DNA of 53,390 nucleotides, the filler included, from Jimgerdemannia flammicorona (lineage: Eukaryota), in NCBI GenBank assembly GCA_003990765.1. It is 2 parts of 2 records of this genome, joined end to end, with 100 filler letters (N's around TTAATTAATTAA, not from the genome) between each part and the next. Parts side by side here need not be neighbours in the genome. Positions count along the whole stretch, not along the records: positions 26,747 to 53,390 come from RBNJ01000709.1; 1 more part is not named here. One strand, 5' to 3'. The notes below the pieces were generated by a model. It saw nothing but the letters and a program-made list of their open reading frames with translations. It was not told the origin of the DNA and ran no database searches. Shown here piece by piece: positions 49,430 through 53,390 of this stretch. Position 1 is the first letter of the stretch. Each line of letters opens with the position of its first letter. A program made the position numbers and the translations under genes.

Positions 49430-51825
49430 CTTTACTTCTTACCTCAGTAGTCAAACTTGAGTACTTGTTGGCCAATGTCAACAACTGCATTCATCTCCTT
49501 CATCCAATTGGTGCCAAGAATCATGTCATAGGTGACAGCTTCAGTGATGATGGCTTTGGGGATGGAGAACTGAATGTGTCCAAGGGAGATAGTGATATTT
49601 CATACTACTCCAAGGGGTTGAGTTCGGGCTCCATCTGCTACTATGATGCTGAGGTTGGATGGTCCATCAATGGACCATTGGAGGGTGTCCAAGAATCGTT
49701 TGGCAATGACACAGACAGCTGCTCCTGTGTCTATGAGGATTTTCGCTTTTGTCCTCCAATATCTCCATATAAGTAGGTGCTGATATGTCTTTCAGCTGCT
49801 TGGACCAGGATGGAAGCTGGTTCTTGCTGTGGGATTGGAACTCAGCCAGTGCTAGACCTGGTGGTTCTCAGTAATTTGTTTCAGACTCCAGCTGGTGTCA
49901 ATAGCAAGAACTGCAGGAGAGGAACTTCCATCTTGGCTTCTTGAATCTTCTGCCAGGCTTCATTGTAAATGTCTCTAGGCATGGTCTTTGGAGTGTACTT
50001 TTTTTTAGACTTTAGAGCAGCAGGTTCCTGTTCTTCTTGTTCTATTTCTTTATCTTCTGGTGGCAATTCATTTGTCTTGGGCACGAAGGGTAAGGGGGTT
50101 CAGGGAGGTGTTTCAACTTGTTCCTCCTCATGCTCTTCATCTTCTTCTTGAATAATTCTTCTGCTGATGTTCCTGGATAGTCTTCCCACAGGTCTCTTTC
50201 TTTTTTCAGCTGGGTAGACTGTCTTTTGGGTGGTATCCTTGGTAGGGTACAAGTCTAGGTCACTGTAGTCTTCACTGTTGCTTGCTTCTTCGAAATCTTC
50301 AACAGGATGGGCTTCAGTCTTCTTGTACTGGGTGTCATTCCTTCAGTTTGGTGGTTCTGAGTCCCTTTGGTCACTTCTTTTGTTGTCACATTTAGTGGCA
50401 TAGTGTCCAAATTGTCCACAGTTGAAGCATTGGACTTGGGCTCTGTCTCGGACAGGGTACCTTCTTTCTTCTTGCTGGTAATTCCTGTTATCTCTTGGTG
50501 GATAACCTTGGCTCCTCTGTGGTGGGTATCTTCTGTTGTCTTGGTAGCTCCGATTTTCGCGTATAGTGAGTTTTTCAATCTGGCCAACCAATCGATCTAA
50601 CTTGGAGCTGAGGTCTTGGATTTCACTTCTGTCCTTCTTTTCTTCCTTGGCTGGTCTTCTTTCTTCAGATCTTTCTTGTCCTTGAAGGAGTCCTTGCAGG
50701 GCTTTGACCAGGATATCTTCTTTATCTTCCTTCTTATCATGATCACTCCAGATAGTTCCTTGCCTGACATCAAAAAATTCTTGGGCTGCATCTACTTGCT
50801 CTTCAGACCTTCTGATGCCTAAGGTGTAGACATGCTGAGCAATATTCGGGGGAATTCCATTCATGAAGGTCATTGGGCCTATGATGTCTTGGTTGGTGGC
50901 ATTGAACCCAGCAGAATACATTCTCTTCTGGATTCTTGTGAAGAAGGCTCTGGGTGATTCGCCAAGATTCATCTTCATCCTCATGATGGATTCCTGAGCC
51001 TTGTGGCAGGTTTCATTTCCTGCATACTTTTCAATGAGCCAGTGGACCATGGCCTCATATTCTAACTCATTGGAGAATGCTGCTTGTATCTGTCTTGCCA
51101 GTTCTGAATCTGGGTTGTTTGCTGTTCAGTGGAAAATTCCTCTAGCTGGTTCTCTAAGCTGGGCTTTGTAGATGGCGATTTTTCTTTCATCTGAGAGGTT
51201 TCTCAAGGCTGCAATTCCTTCAATTCCATCAAGGAATTCTCTGGGGTCTTCCTCCAGGTATCCTGCAAAGGTTGGCAATGAGGTGGTCATTTTGTTGTCA
51301 CTTTCCTCTGATTCTGGTTCAGGTTTGGGTTCCGATTCTGATTCACTTTCTGAACTGTCACTAGAGACAGGAGTGCTTGGGTATCTTGAAGATGGTGTTC
51401 TGGTCCTTGGGTGAGGTGGAATAGGCCTAAATATCCATGTAGGAGCTACTTCTGGTTCAACAAGAGGTTGTGGTAGGGGTTCTATTGGTGAGATTGGTGG
51501 GGCTGGTGAATGCTGTCTGGCTGTAAGATGTTGGGTCCAGGTAATAAGTTCGTCTAGTTCTTGTGCAAGTTCTCCAAAAACTCTAGCAGGGCTGTCTATA
51601 TTATCTGGTTGATCTGGTTGATCTGGTTGGGGATTTCGGGCTATACTGCCTCCTGCTTCTGGTTGGGATCCTTCTGATGCTGGGTAGTTGGCAAGTCTTG
51701 AGATAATTACTTCTCTTTCTGTCCAAATGCTGGTGATGACTGGTTCTCCTGTAGTGGCAGAGGTTGGTGTTGTATCAAATGTATCCAGTTTAACTGTGGG
51801 TTCTTGTGAGCTGAAAAGTCACATT
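49430..51825 (-). pseudogene. G2 gag and aspartic protease; boundaries approximate
   Basis: CCHC CFNCGQFGHYATKC in ORF 50343..51050; ILIDTGAAVCVI at about 49705-49740. Confidence 0.88.
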
Positions 51826-51837
51826 GATTTTAAAATC

Positions 51838-51855
51838 TTCCCAGTTGAGCCCCCA
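51838..51855 (-). promoter_or_regulatory. G2 primer-binding site, probably tRNA-Pro
   Basis: TGGGGGCTCAACTGGGAA, 2 nt after the 5' LTR; resembles the tRNA-Pro PBS TGGGGGCTCGTCCGGGAT. Confidence 0.75.
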
Positions 51856-51857
51856 AA

Positions 51858-53322
51858 TGTAACATGCCGGCTCAATGGAGGTAAATTACAAGGTTGAGGG
51901 TTGATATAGTTTGGCTTGAGCCCCCAGTTACTTTGTCAAAAAGCAACAAAATGTTCTAAGATTCCTGAGGTCCTTGGTGTTTAGCGGTATAATAGTCAAA
52001 GCTGGATATCTGAGAGTGATTTCCTTATTGGGACAGTTCTCTGGGTGTAGCAGTGGTTTGTATGAATGGGTTTCCTTCTTGAGTCAACTGGGAATAGCAG
52101 AATTTGTGTGTAGTACTAGCGGTTTCCTTCTTGAGTAATGGGTAATTTCTGTGTAGTGCGACGATCTCTGTATGATGATCCTCGTGTAGCATGATGATTT
52201 CCAAAAGTATGCAATTTCTGGAAGATAGCTCGATTTGGCTCATTGGGAATTGTATGGCGTGGATTCTTCCATAACAGGCTCACTGGGAATGATGAATAAC
52301 TTGGATGTCATAGGAGGCAGATAATTCAATAACTCGGGTAACTTGGATGACACAGAATCTTCCTGAATCAGCGGGGTTCTTCTGGGAATGTGGTGGCTTA
52401 ACTGGGAATTAACTCAGGTGGCGCGGATTCTTCTAAATCGGCAGCTTCAACTGGGAATATAATGGCGCAGATCCTTTCTGAATCGGCGGCTTCGACTGGG
52501 AATGCAGATAACTCAAAAATGGCAGATGACGCAGATTCTTCCTGAATCAGCGGGGTTCTTCTGGGAAATGGGATGGTGGCTTGGAAAGTGTCTCTTGGCA
52601 AAGTTGCATCAAAGACTGGCTCCGTTTGCATGAACAGATCACTGCGAAGTTGTGTCAGAAACTGGCTTGAGCAAGGCGGCTTTCTTGGGAAGGCGGACGA
52701 TATGGTTCCTCAGGCTTATCTGGCAAGCATACCAATAGTGCGGCTTATTCCTTTAAGCAGCAGGTTCTTCAAAAGGCAGCGAAGTTCTTCTTGAACTTAG
52801 GCGGCAAATCTTCAGGCTTATCTGGCAAGTGAACCAATAGTTCCAAAGGCAGCGAAGTTCTTCCTCGAACTTGGTGGCAAAATCAGCTTTGTATCGGAAA
52901 GTAGACTGGAGTAGAAAGGGGATCAATGCTCAATCTTTAGAGGCTTCTTTGGTATTTGTATTTCGGACTGAGGTTTTATTCACTCTTGTCTCTGGGGTAA
53001 TTTATACAAGTTGGTTGCTATCTGGTTACTATGTGGCTAACTATAGATTTGCTATCTTCAGTAATGTTTGGGTGTGTCCTCTGGGTATGGGTGTTTTCAC
53101 AGGACATGAGTGTGTCCGCAGGACATGAGTGTGTCCGCAGGACATGAGTGTATCCTCAGGATACAGGTAAACAATTCTGATCTGGTGTCTTGGCTATTTG
53201 TAAGTGTGGCGGGCATGAGTAACTATGATACACTGGAAGTCACATCATGCTGAGTAAGTATGCAAATTGTTCACGTCATCTGGCTAAGTTATAATTCAGG
53301 TGGTACGTTTTGGTCTGTTACA
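51858..53322 (-). repeat. G2 5' LTR (about 1.46 kb)
   Basis: TGTAAC...GTTACA termini; homologous to 42820-44266 with indels. Confidence 0.92.
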
Positions 53323-53390
53323 ATACACTTGTCTATCCTCTATATAATACACAGTGCCCACTCCTATCCAATCCCCCTAGGCCCCCCCCC
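53323..53390 (-). mobile_element. Family B 3' UTR fragment
   Basis: ctcctatccaatccccctagg matches 12705-12725. Confidence 0.7.

Larger units (their letters stand above)
42820..53322 (-). mobile_element. Ty3/gypsy LTR retrotransposon G2, about 10.5 kb with both LTRs, degenerate
   Basis: LTR-PBS-gag-PR-dUTPase-RT-RH-IN-ORF3-PPT-LTR on the minus strand. Confidence 0.93.

Overview
Eukaryotic, most likely early-diverging fungal (Mucoromycota-like; inference) repeat-rich DNA made of two contigs joined by an artificial 100-nt spacer (26647-26746). The left contig (1-26646) is a chromosome end. It starts with one Crinkler-type NTPase/REase gene, frameshifted near its 3' end. Next comes a head-to-tail array of an APE-endonuclease non-LTR retrotransposon (family A, all on the minus strand) whose 3' ends abut short TTAGGG tracts, interleaved with L1/Tx1-like LINEs (family B) and a hAT-type MITE. 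It ends in (TTAGGG)17 added inside a LINE ORF2. Decay is strongest at the left and weakest next to the telomere, consistent with an end that grew outward by retrotransposon or telomerase capping. The right contig (26747-53390) holds nested family-B LINE relics, a second MITE copy and two different Ty3/gypsy LTR elements. Both carry a dUTPase, in different positions, and one has an extra ORF downstream of integrase. All TE coding regions show heavy C>T/G>A mutation at CpG and CpA (RIP-like). Family labels A, B, G1 and G2 are mine. All calls come from manual motif reading, with no database searches.
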